A DNA stretch of 63,256 bases, counting the filler. It is 8 parts of 8 records of this genome, joined end to end, with 100 filler letters (N's around TTAATTAATTAA, not from the genome) between each part and the next. Parts side by side here need not be neighbours in the genome. Positions count along the whole stretch, not along the records: positions 16,637 to 28,149 come from SRR20825010_6623; positions 28,250 to 37,783 come from SRR20825010_6636; 6 more parts are not named here. One strand, written 5' to 3'. This document shows, one piece after another, positions 19,022 to 28,406 of the stretch (position 1 is the stretch's first letter; every line of letters starts with the position of its first letter). The position numbers and the translations under genes are program-made. Under the pieces are notes generated by a model. The model saw only the letters and a program-made list of their open reading frames with translations, made no database searches and had not been told where the DNA came from.

Positions 19022-20368
19022 TTATACATTGCTAAAAATTCGTTTCCAACTTTTCTTCCTGGGGGTAATATTGGCACTGTATAGTGCATTATAATGGGAA
19101 ACGATGTTTTCCTCGTATTGGGCATAGAATTCAGGATCAAAATTGGCGTCCTTTAAATATTCCATCACATAATCCAAGCTTCTTTTCTCTGTAAGCCATC
19201 GGTCCAAAATATCGTGACGCATCCTAATTCCAAAAGTATTGATCCCCAAAAACTGTTTTGTATCCTTGTTGAAGGCGATGGTGACACATATCTTCTCCTT
19301 GGGATGCCGCCAATGAAAATGTTGTTCCTGGTCCTTTTTGGATTTTTCGCTAAATACCCAACCATAAGTTTGGTATTCTATATCCAAAAATTTGGCTGAA
19401 TTAAACCAATGCCCAGGGTTATAGGCCCTTTTGTTTCCGCAAATGGTCTGTGCCAAAACTTCTCCCATCATTCTGCCCGTATACCAAACTGCCTCCACCG
19501 GCCTACGGTTGCCAATGGCCTCATGTTGCTCGGCGCAGTCCCCTATAGCATAGACATCCACAATATTGGTTTCCAAAAAATTATTGACCCTTACCCCTTT
19601 CCCCGTCTCTATTCCTGAGCCTTTTAGGAAGTCGATATTTGGACTAACCCCCGCCGTTAAACCCACCACAGTACATGGAATTGTTTCCCCCTTGTCCGTA
19701 ACCACGGCTTTTGCCCAACCATTTTCATCCGAAATAATTTCCTTTAGATTGGTATCCAGTTTCAGGTCTATATGGTGTTCCAGAATGTGTTCATTGATCA
19801 TTTGCGATTCCCCTTCGGGCAGGACCCCGTTCCAAAAGCTGCTTTCGCGTACCAAAAAAGTTACTGGGATATCCCTGCTCCTAAGCATTTCTGCCAATTC
19901 GATCCCAATTAATCCACCCCCTACGATTACTGCCCTTTTACAGACTTTATTGTTAGGCGCATTGGCCTCCAACAATTCCAGATCCTGTTTGGAATACAAT
20001 CCCTGAACCCCCTTCAAATCCTGTCCGGGCCACCCAAATTTATTGGGTTTGGAACCTGTGGCAATAATCAGTTTATCGTACTTAATTTCCTTTGTGCTTT
20101 TTAATATGAGGGTTTTATTGGCCGTATCTACTTTTGATACATATCCATTGACCAAATCCAAACGATTTTTCTTCCAAAACCAATTCTCGTAAGGCTGGGT
20201 ATGCTCAAACTTCATATGGCCCATGTACACATACATCAATGCCGTTCTGGAGAAAAAATATTCGCTCTCAGCTGAAATAATGGTGATTTTTTTGTCGGAT
20301 AGTTTTCGAATATGGCGCGCTGCCGTAATTCCAGAAATTCCATTACCAATAATAACAATGTGCTCCAT
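19022..20368 (-). CDS. NAD(P)/FAD-dependent oxidoreductase (Pyr_redox_2; ferredoxin/rubredoxin reductase-like)
   Basis: IGNGISG, IIATGS, VGGGLIGIE, YAIGDCA. Confidence 0.9.
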   Translation of the reverse strand: MEHIVIIGNGISGITAARHIRKLSDKKITIISAESEYFFSRTALMYVYMGHMKFEHTQPYENWFWKKNRLDLVNGYVSKVDTANKTLILKSTKEIKYDKLIIATGSKPNKFGWPGQDLKGVQGLYSKQDLELLEANAPNNKVCKRAVIVGGGLIGIELAEMLRSRDIPVTFLVRESSFWNGVLPEGESQMINEHILEHHIDLKLDTNLKEIISDENGWAKAVVTDKGETIPCTVVGLTAGVSPNIDFLKGSGIETGKGVRVNNFLETNIVDVYAIGDCAEQHEAIGNRRPVEAVWYTGRMMGEVLAQTICGNKRAYNPGHWFNSAKFLDIEYQTYGWVFSEKSKKDQEQHFHWRHPKEKICVTIAFNKDTKQFLGINTFGIRMRHDILDRWLTEKRSLDYVMEYLKDANFDPEFYAQYEENIVSHYNALYSANITPRKKSWKRIFSNV

Positions 20369-20591
20369 AGGATTTCGGTTGATAAGTACTAGGTCGTAGT
20401 TAAAGATAATAACTTAATTGTTCTTCTTTAATTTAGAATTATTTAAGTCAACCGAAATCACCTTTGATCAGGCCAGGAAGTAAAGTTTCTACAACAAAAT
20501 CGGCTAGGAAGCCCAACAGTTCTTATACAGTACATTATATAGACAAACAGCCTTGAGATACGGAAGTAGTGTAATACGACGGTAGGATTTA

Positions 20592-21635
20592 CTAGCTTGC
20601 CTTCTCCAAGGTAAAGGAAAATTCGGACCCTATATCGAGTACACTTTCTACGTAAATCTTCTCGTTGTGGGCCTCAATAATATGCTTAACAATGGCCAAT
20701 CCCAGACCAGAACCACCTTCGGCCCTACTCCCACTTTTATCGACCCTGTAAAATCTTTCGAAAATTCGGGCAAGGTGTTGCTTGGAAATCCCCTCACCGT
20801 TGTCGGTCACCCGTATAATGACCTTGTTTTTAATTAAATTCTCTACACTTACCTCGGTGGTACCGTTCTGCTGCCCATATTTAATGGAATTGACCACTAG
20901 GTTGGTGACTACCTGTTGTATTTTCTCCTTATCCGCCTTAACGTAGATGGGATTCTTATAATCCATATCAAAAGTCAGGGTAATATTCTTTTTAGCGGCC
21001 TTCATTTCCAAAAGATCAAAAACATTCTGTACCAGTTCCAAAATGTCAAAATCTTCTATCTTCAAATTTAGGTCACCAACTTCCAATTTGGTTATAAGAT
21101 CCAAATCCTTGACAATGTAAATAAGTCGCTCCACACCCTTGTTGGCCCGTTGAAGATATTTTTTTCTAAGGCTTTTATCATCCATGGCACCATCCAAGAG
21201 GGTTAAAATATATCCCTGTACCGTAAATAATGGTGTTTTTAATTCATGGGACACGTTACCCAAAAAATCCTTTCTATATTCTTCCCGGATTTTTAACGTA
21301 TCTATTTCAATCTTTTTGTCCTTGGCAAACTTCTCTATTTCATCTGTCAAGGACCGCATGTCGGTCGTAATGGTCTTGGGGGCCAAAGAGGTGGACTCCA
21401 ATAGGGATACGTCGTTATAAATACGCTCAATGTTACGGTAGATAAATTTTTCTATCCTCAATTGTACTACCAGAAATGAAATAAAGCAGGAAGTCACCAA
21501 AATGACCGCTAGGAGCCCCCAATCCATGGAACCACTGTTCCACAAATAAATCCCCAAGACTGTAGTTAATAGAAATGAAATTAGAATTGTGGTACGTAGG
21601 GCAAACCTATACGATTTTTTAATCCTCGTTACCAT
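20592..21635 (-). CDS. PhoR-like sensor histidine kinase
   Basis: Two TM segments, NVSHELKTPL, NLVVNSIKY, FERFYRVDKSGSR, GGSGLGL. Confidence 0.9.
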   Translation of the reverse strand: MVTRIKKSYRFALRTTILISFLLTTVLGIYLWNSGSMDWGLLAVILVTSCFISFLVVQLRIEKFIYRNIERIYNDVSLLESTSLAPKTITTDMRSLTDEIEKFAKDKKIEIDTLKIREEYRKDFLGNVSHELKTPLFTVQGYILTLLDGAMDDKSLRKKYLQRANKGVERLIYIVKDLDLITKLEVGDLNLKIEDFDILELVQNVFDLLEMKAAKKNITLTFDMDYKNPIYVKADKEKIQQVVTNLVVNSIKYGQQNGTTEVSVENLIKNKVIIRVTDNGEGISKQHLARIFERFYRVDKSGSRAEGGSGLGLAIVKHIIEAHNEKIYVESVLDIGSEFSFTLEKAS

Positions 21636-22321
21636 TATAGCACAAACTTATACCCTACCCCTTTTACCGTTTTAAAATGATCATCACCAATTTTTTCGCG
21701 CAGTTTTCTAATATGGACATCAATGGTCCTACCTCCTACTACCACTTCATTGCCCCAAACCTTGTCCAGGATAACCTCCCTTTTAAAGACCTTATTTGGC
21801 TTGGAAGTCAATAGTGCCAAGAGTTCAAACTCCTTTCTGGGAAGAATAATTTCCTCTCCTTGGTTAACAATTTTATATTCCTCCCTATTTATGGTAATCT
21901 CACCAACTTTAAAGATATCCTCTACCTCCTGCTCCTCATTCTTAAGCCTTCTAAGCAAAGCCTTTACCTTGCTTACCAAAACCTTTGGCTTAATGGGCTT
22001 TGTTATATAATCGTCCGCACCCGCATCAAATCCGGCCATTTGGGAATAGTCTTCGCCCCTGGCCGTGAGGAAGGTAATCAAGGTATCCTCCAAACCTTCG
22101 GTTCTTCTTATGATCTCACAAGCCTCAATGCCATCCATCTCCGGCATCATTACATCTAAAATAATTAAGTGGGGTTTCTTCTTTTTTGCCTTGGCAACCC
22201 CTTCAGCACCATTTTTTGCAGTGAAAACTTCATACCCTTCGGCAGATAAATTATAACCTACAATTTCTAGAATATCCGGTTCATCATCCACCAAAAGTAT
22301 CTTAATGTCCTTTTTTTTCAT
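21635..22321 (-). CDS. PhoB/PhoP-like OmpR-family response regulator
   Basis: LVDDE, LDVMMP, GADDYITKP, RTIDVHIRKLREK, TVKGVGY; TAATG overlap with the kinase. Confidence 0.92.
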   Translation of the reverse strand: MKKKDIKILLVDDEPDILEIVGYNLSAEGYEVFTAKNGAEGVAKAKKKKPHLIILDVMMPEMDGIEACEIIRRTEGLEDTLITFLTARGEDYSQMAGFDAGADDYITKPIKPKVLVSKVKALLRRLKNEEQEVEDIFKVGEITINREEYKIVNQGEEIILPRKEFELLALLTSKPNKVFKREVILDKVWGNEVVVGGRTIDVHIRKLREKIGDDHFKTVKGVGYKFVL

Positions 22322-22459
22322 GCCTTAATTTTTTTGTCTTTAAACGGCCATATGCAACCTACATTCCTTTGGAGGCGGTTACTGTAATCTATCACAACAT
22401 ATAATTGTGACCTATTTAAACATGCCCGTTTAACCATAATATTTATTGGTTATTCGCGC

Positions 22460-22467
22460 CAAAAGTA
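22460..22467 (-). promoter_or_regulatory. Bacteroidota -7 promoter element for the regulator-kinase operon
   Basis: Minus strand TACTTTTG matches TAnnTTTG. Confidence 0.65.
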
Positions 22468-22493
22468 AAGATAATACTATTACACGAAACCTC

Positions 22494-22574
22494 TTAACAT
22501 GGATTTAATATAGTAACATTTAGATAACATTAAGCCAACAAACTATTAATCTGAGGGTAACGCGACTTTTACAG
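22494..22574 (+). promoter_or_regulatory. 11-bp-periodic direct-repeat array (Pho-box-like)
   Basis: GTAACAT 22513, ATAACAT 22524, CCAACAA 22535, TTAATCT 22546, GTAACGC 22557, TTTACAG 22568; a second register has TTAACAT 22494 and TTAATAT 22505. Confidence 0.7.
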
Positions 22575-22648
22575 TTAGGTTATTTATTTGCCATGTTTAA
22601 ATAAAACAAGTGAACTCGAAAAAAATGAAACCGAAAAATTCAATTGAA

Positions 22649-24067
22649 ATGAAAAAACTATTATTATCCGCGTTGGCCATAGTTGCCTTAGCATTTACAT
22701 CTTGTACGAATGATGATGAGCCACCAATAGCGGAAGCAACAGCTACCTGTAATGATGGAATTCAAAACCAAGGAGAAACCGGTGTTGATTGTGGTGGACC
22801 TAACTGTCAGCCATGTACCGTGGCAACAGCCACCTGTGATGATGGAATCCAGAACGGAGACGAAACTGGTGTGGACATAGGAGGTTCTTGTGCAGAAATA
22901 ATTACAGTATCCGGGGAAATATCTGCCGATACTACATGGACTGCAGACAATATATATATATTGGCCGGTAAAGTAGTTGTTGGGGTAGGAAAGACCTTGA
23001 CCATAGAGCCAGGTACCATCATTAAAGGTAAGGCAGGTTCAGGTTCCTTGGCTTCTGCTCTAATTGTGCAGAGAGGATCCAAGATTATGGCCGTAGGTAC
23101 TGCCGAAAAGCCAATTATCTTTACCTCCGAAGAAGACAATATAGGTGTTGGACAAACCGCCGGAACCAATTTGGACGAAACTGCTAGAGGAAAATGGGGA
23201 GGATTAATTGTATTGGGAAGAGCTACAGGTTCTTTTAAAAACGATGTTACTGAAGTACAAATAGAAGGTATTCCTGCCGATGATACCTTTGGACTTTACG
23301 GTCCTGGTGATGCATTGAACGACGATGACAATTCAGGTGAAATGGAATACATCTCTATTCGTCACGGTGGTGCCCTTATTGGAGAAGGAAACGAGATAAA
23401 CGGTTTAACCTTAGGTTCTGTAGGTCGTGGTACAAAAATAAACCACATAGAAGTTGTAGGTAACGTTGATGATGGTATCGAGTTCTTCGGTGGAACCGTT
23501 GACGCATCCAACCTAGTAGTTTGGGCACAAGGAGATGATGGTTTGGACATTGACCAAGCATATTCGGGTACCATAGACAATTCGCTAGTAATTGCAGGAG
23601 AGGCTTCTGACCACGCCTTTGAAATTGATGGTCCAGAAGGTTCCATTACAGGTTCTTTTACTCTTCAGAACACGACTATTGTAGGAAGCGCAACAGCCGC
23701 TGACGGTGAATATGCAGATTACAGAAGTAATGCCATGGGTACTACCAAGAACATCTATGCCATTGGATTCCAAGCTGGAAAAGATGTGGAATTGGATGCC
23801 AACGATGTAGCCCAAAACTTCTTGGATGGCAAATTGACCTTTGAAGCTTGGCAAGTTGTAGGTTTCAACAACAGTATTTTCTCAGAGAAGGTATTGAAAG
23901 ACGACGCCGGAAACGATGTGCAATCAACTATCATCTTAGACCCAACATTTACGGAAAGAGCTGCCACTTGGACTACCCAAGTTACCGCTGGTGCCGAGAC
24001 TGTAGGTGCAGATCTTAGTGTTTTTTCTTGGACCTATGCATATGCCAAAACAGGTTTGAGTTTCTAA
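22649..24067 (+). CDS. Surface lipoprotein, probable beta-helix fold, with two Cys-rich repeats
   Basis: MKK signal with lipobox FTS-C followed by acidic TNDDE; LTIEPGTIIKG, PIIFTS, WGGLIVLG, DDGIEFFGG motifs. Confidence 0.85.
   Translation: MKKLLLSALAIVALAFTSCTNDDEPPIAEATATCNDGIQNQGETGVDCGGPNCQPCTVATATCDDGIQNGDETGVDIGGSCAEIITVSGEISADTTWTADNIYILAGKVVVGVGKTLTIEPGTIIKGKAGSGSLASALIVQRGSKIMAVGTAEKPIIFTSEEDNIGVGQTAGTNLDETARGKWGGLIVLGRATGSFKNDVTEVQIEGIPADDTFGLYGPGDALNDDDNSGEMEYISIRHGGALIGEGNEINGLTLGSVGRGTKINHIEVVGNVDDGIEFFGGTVDASNLVVWAQGDDGLDIDQAYSGTIDNSLVIAGEASDHAFEIDGPEGSITGSFTLQNTTIVGSATAADGEYADYRSNAMGTTKNIYAIGFQAGKDVELDANDVAQNFLDGKLTFEAWQVVGFNNSIFSEKVLKDDAGNDVQSTIILDPTFTERAATWTTQVTAGAETVGADLSVFSWTYAYAKTGLSF
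22736..22891 (+). repeat. Two-copy intragenic repeat (87-bp period) encoding ATCxDGIQNxxETGVDxGG
   Basis: gcaacagctacctgtaatgatggaattcaaaac (22736) versus gcaacagccacctgtgatgatggaatccagaac (22823). Confidence 0.85.
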
Positions 24068-24100
24068 TTAGGAATAAAACACCCCTATAAAATAACAACC

Positions 24101-24127
24101 ATGCTCGCCATATTCATTGGCGGGCAT
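24101..24127 (+). terminator. Intercistronic hairpin (leaky terminator or mRNA stabiliser)
   Basis: ATGCTCGCCA-N7-TGGCGGGCAT followed by TTGGTTT. Confidence 0.55.
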
Positions 24128-24159
24128 TTGGTTTATTACGATTTAATTATCATTTACTT

Positions 24160-26988
24160 ATGAAATATTCACTTAGACTTTCAACTTTTGCTTTTCTTTT
24201 TTTTCAATTCATTTTTTCACAAACTGGCGAGGTAACCGGAACATTGATCGACGCAGATTTTCAAGATCCAGTACCTTTTGCCAACATACTGGTCCAAGGG
24301 ACCACTAAAGGTACCACCTCAGATTTTGACGGTAATTACAAACTTGCCCTTGAAGAAGGTACCCACACCCTTACTTTTTCATTCCTAGGCTATAAAACCG
24401 TGGAAATAACAGATGTGCTTATTAAAGCGGACGAGATTACCACTGTAAACGTAACCATGGAAACCTTGGCCGAAGGCCTGGATGAGGTAGTGGTATCCGT
24501 AAGCGTTAAAAAGAATACCGAAACCGCTGTATTGGGCATCCAAAAAAAGGCGGTAAACCTTTTGGACGGACTATCGGCCGAAGCCTTTAAAAAATCGGGT
24601 TCCAGTGACGTGGCAAGTGCCATAAAATCAGTGCCAGGGGTATCGGTTCAAGGTGGAAAATACGTTTATGTACGAGGTTTGGGCGATCGCTATACCAAAT
24701 CCATATTGAACGGAGTGGATATTCCAGGATTGGATCCGGACAGAAACACCATACAATTGGACATTTTCCCTACCAATATCATAGACAACATCCTGGTTCT
24801 TAAATCTGCATCTGCAGACTTACCTGCAGACTTTACAGGTGGTATAGTTGATATTGTTACGAAAGACTATCCTACCAAAAAAGAGCACAGTATTTCGTTA
24901 GGTGGCAGTTATAATCCGGACATGCACTTTAATGAAAACTATTTGGACTATAAAGGAAGTTCTACCGATTTCTTAGGATTCGACAACGGTAACCGAAGCG
25001 TTCCCATTAACCGAAATCAGGATATCCCCAGTACTTTTGAATATGATCCGTTATTAACGGCCATTACCAAAAAATTTAATCCAATACTATCCGCGATGAA
25101 AGCAAATAGTGCAATGGACTATAGTTTTGGGTTCACTACGGGCAATCAATACAACGTGGGCGAAGGAGAGAACAGGTTGGGCTTTTTGGCTTCCCTTTCC
25201 TATAAGAACACCACCACCTTTTACGAAGGGGCCGAAAACAATTTTTATAGAAGAAACGCGGACACTTCTGTATTTGAACTGGAAACGGATAGAACACAAA
25301 CAGGTGATCTAGGTCGAAACAATGTATTGGTAAGCGGCCTATTGGGAACCTCTTTTAAGACAGAAAAATCCAAATACAAACTCAATCTCCTTCATATTCA
25401 GAACGGAGAATCTACAGCAGGTTATTTTAGCCAGACCCTGAATTTCACGGATTTTATCAATTTCTCAAAAGATAACCTGGAATATACCCAACGTTCCATC
25501 ACCAACGCATTGCTTAGTGGAATACATTCTAGCGAAGATGCATCATGGACAACAGAATGGGCACTTTCCCCTACCATGTCCAAGATCCAGGACAAGGATA
25601 TTAGAACAACATCTTTTAGGGTAGAGGATGGCGTATACTCCATACCCCAGAACAGCCAGCCAAAAAGAATCTGGAGGGATCTGGAAGAGATCAATGCAGT
25701 TGCCAAATTGGATTTTACCAAAAAATATGACTTTCTGGAAAAAGATGCCAAACTAAAATTTGGTGCCTATGGCTCCTACAAAACGAGGGATTTTAGCATA
25801 TTGAACTTCGAAATTGAGAACAATGGTTCAACTACCAAGTTTAATGGTGTTGCGGACAATATCCTTTTGGAAGAAAACCTTTGGACAGTAGACAACAACT
25901 CCGGATCGTATATTGATCCCGACCTCTCGGTTGCCGAACCGGCCAATACCTATGAGGCGGCTCAACAAAATATAGCGGGTTATGTATCCAATGAGTTTAA
26001 ACTTGGACAGAAACTGAGAACTATCCTGGGTGTAAGGGTTGAAAAATTTGAATCCAAATATACCGGTGAGGACAATAAGGATGTTAATGACCCTGAAAAG
26101 GTTATTTATGACAATGAGACCATTATAGACAAGTTTGACCTTTTCCCAACAGCCAATTTAATATATGAACTTACGGAAGACGTTAACCTAAGAGGATCCT
26201 ATTCCAGAACTACTGCTAGACCTTCCTTTAAGGAAGCTTCCATAGCCAAGATTTTCGATCCCTTGTCCAATAATACCTTCATCGGAAACATTAACCTTGA
26301 TCCAACCTACATCAACAATTTCGATTTTAGGGTTGAATGGTTTGGTGAAAGTGCCGAGATGATTGCATTGAGCAGCTTTTATAAAAAATTCACCGACCCC
26401 ATTGAACTTACGTACTTTGAATCGTCATCCGATAACTTTACCCCACAAAACCTTGGTGATGCGGACGTGATCGGATTGGAATTTGAACTAAGAAAAAATC
26501 TAGGTTTCATTGCAGCACCACTTCAGAATTTTAGTCTAAATGTAAACACCTCGATCATTAAATCTACCCAAGTTTATAGCGAAAGTGAGCGTAATCTTAG
26601 AACGCTAGGACTGAGGGATGGTGAAACTTTGGGCAATGACAGGGAGTTGCAGGGGCAGTCGCCTTTCCTAATCAATTCCGGGTTAAACTACGAAGGAGCC
26701 GAAAATGGGATCCAAATGGGTGTAAACTACAATGTACAGGGAAAAACATTGCAGGTAGTGGGTAACGGATTTGTACCGGACGTGTATACCATGCCCTTTC
26801 ACAACCTAAACTTTAACTTCTCCAAGAGCTTTGGCGAAAACCAAAATCAGAGTGTTAGTTTTAAAATAAGCAATCTATTGGATGATGACGTGGAAAGTGA
26901 ATATGAATCCTACAAGGCTGAAAATAAGACCTTTTCCAAAAGAAGTCCTGGAAGATCATTCTCATTGGGATACAACATTAAGTTCTAA
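24160..26988 (+). CDS. TonB-dependent receptor with N-terminal CarboxypepD-like extension
   Basis: GTTSDFDGNY, LDEVVV TonB-box region, plug VYVRGLGDRY, SYSRTTARP, terminal YNIKF. Confidence 0.95.
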   Translation: MKYSLRLSTFAFLFFQFIFSQTGEVTGTLIDADFQDPVPFANILVQGTTKGTTSDFDGNYKLALEEGTHTLTFSFLGYKTVEITDVLIKADEITTVNVTMETLAEGLDEVVVSVSVKKNTETAVLGIQKKAVNLLDGLSAEAFKKSGSSDVASAIKSVPGVSVQGGKYVYVRGLGDRYTKSILNGVDIPGLDPDRNTIQLDIFPTNIIDNILVLKSASADLPADFTGGIVDIVTKDYPTKKEHSISLGGSYNPDMHFNENYLDYKGSSTDFLGFDNGNRSVPINRNQDIPSTFEYDPLLTAITKKFNPILSAMKANSAMDYSFGFTTGNQYNVGEGENRLGFLASLSYKNTTTFYEGAENNFYRRNADTSVFELETDRTQTGDLGRNNVLVSGLLGTSFKTEKSKYKLNLLHIQNGESTAGYFSQTLNFTDFINFSKDNLEYTQRSITNALLSGIHSSEDASWTTEWALSPTMSKIQDKDIRTTSFRVEDGVYSIPQNSQPKRIWRDLEEINAVAKLDFTKKYDFLEKDAKLKFGAYGSYKTRDFSILNFEIENNGSTTKFNGVADNILLEENLWTVDNNSGSYIDPDLSVAEPANTYEAAQQNIAGYVSNEFKLGQKLRTILGVRVEKFESKYTGEDNKDVNDPEKVIYDNETIIDKFDLFPTANLIYELTEDVNLRGSYSRTTARPSFKEASIAKIFDPLSNNTFIGNINLDPTYINNFDFRVEWFGESAEMIALSSFYKKFTDPIELTYFESSSDNFTPQNLGDADVIGLEFELRKNLGFIAAPLQNFSLNVNTSIIKSTQVYSESERNLRTLGLRDGETLGNDRELQGQSPFLINSGLNYEGAENGIQMGVNYNVQGKTLQVVGNGFVPDVYTMPFHNLNFNFSKSFGENQNQSVSFKISNLLDDDVESEYESYKAENKTFSKRSPGRSFSLGYNIKF

Positions 26989-27009
26989 ATTTAGATAGTA
27001 ATATTTAAT

Positions 27010-27059
27010 AAAAAGAGGTCGGATTCCATGTTTTTTAACTTGGAATCCGGCCTCTTTTT
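27010..27059. terminator. Intrinsic terminator after the TonB-dependent receptor
   Basis: AAAAAGAGGTCGGATTCCA...TGGAATCCGGCCTCTTTTT. Confidence 0.85.
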
Positions 27060-27157
27060 GCATTTCATCGAATTTTTAAGTATAATTTTAGCTGCCGCCA
27101 ACGTGCTGCACCTAAAATTCTTACATTTACGGTATATTATTTGTTGTAAAAGTTTCT

Positions 27158-27475
27158 ATGAAGCAACTCTACTTAGTTATAGCCTTACTTTTTATCTCTA
27201 TTTCCTTTGGACAGGATCCTAAAGGCAATGTGAGTGGAGGGGATATTCCTGGGTTTAAGATATATCCCAATCCTGTGACCAATGGCAGGGTATATATCAG
27301 TACTTCCCTGAACGCCCCAAAACAGATTTTAATTTTCGATATATTTGGATCCCAAGTATTGGAAACTACCATTATTGGTTCGGAACTAAATGTAAATGAT
27401 TTGGATGCCGGTGTTTACATGCTAAGGGTAAACGAAAAAAATAAAGTAGCTACGAGAAAGCTGATTATTAAATAG
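27158..27475 (+). CDS. Small protein: signal peptide + T9SS type A sorting domain only
   Basis: IYPNP...IFDIFG...LDAGVYML...KLIIK. Confidence 0.9.
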   Translation: MKQLYLVIALLFISISFGQDPKGNVSGGDIPGFKIYPNPVTNGRVYISTSLNAPKQILIFDIFGSQVLETTIIGSELNVNDLDAGVYMLRVNEKNKVATRKLIIK

Positions 27476-27657
27476 TGTTTCCCAACTTTTAACAGCTATA
27501 CAACCTCCCTAATCATCTGATTTATAACCCTTATTACCTTAATCCAATACTTTTAATAAGGATACACATACAAAAAACACTCCTTTACAACATTTATTAT
27601 TACTTCCTTATTTATTTTCCTAGGTTTACTGTATTGATCCCAAATCAATACTAACCT

Positions 27658-27981
27658 ATGAAAATATTTTACACCCTACTGTTCATGGTATTTTCTATGG
27701 CCGTTTCTGCACAGGAATTCGTTGAAGAGCCATTAGACAGAACTACCCAAGTAAATACTTTCAAATTATACCCCAATCCGGCCTATCAGGATGTGGTCTA
27801 TATTACCACGAAGCATAATGGGGTAAAGGATGTAGTAATCTACGATGTCTTCGGAACCATAGTTTTAAAGGACCGGATAACCCATACCCTTTTGAACATA
27901 TCAAAATTGGCTCCGGGAGTTTACGTATTACAAATTACCGAAAACAGGGTAACGATGACCAGAAAGTTGGTCGTGAAATAA
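27658..27981 (+). CDS. Small protein: signal peptide + T9SS type A sorting domain only
   Basis: LYPNP...IYDVFG...LAPGVYVL...KLVVK. Confidence 0.9.
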   Translation: MKIFYTLLFMVFSMAVSAQEFVEEPLDRTTQVNTFKLYPNPAYQDVVYITTKHNGVKDVVIYDVFGTIVLKDRITHTLLNISKLAPGVYVLQITENRVTMTRKLVVK

Positions 27982-28149
27982 ACCCTCTTAATGGTACTTT
28001 TTTCTTTCTATGCACCTCTTCATCACAAATATTTGACTATAACCTCTTAATCTTCATTTACTGAAGTTAGGTAAGGCCGACTTCATGCATCTCCCAAAGG
28101 GAGATTTAAGTCTATGCCAATAACAGGTATTAAACCTCAGGGCAAGCCT

Positions 28150-28249
28150 NNNNNNNNNNNNNNNNNNNNNNNNNNNNNNNNNNNNNNNNNNNNTTAATTA
28201 ATTAANNNNNNNNNNNNNNNNNNNNNNNNNNNNNNNNNNNNNNNNNNNN
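28150..28249. other. Artificial contig spacer
   Basis: N44-TTAATTAATTAA-N44. Confidence 0.99.
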
Positions 28250-28309
<60 letters not shown>

Positions 28310-28406
28310 AAACATCCCCAAGATCTTGAAGTTTTCAGAGTATGCCCTTCAGACAGGCTTGCCTATTTTCGTGCGATGCGGCTGGACGGCCTGAATCTCC
28401 CTTGCT

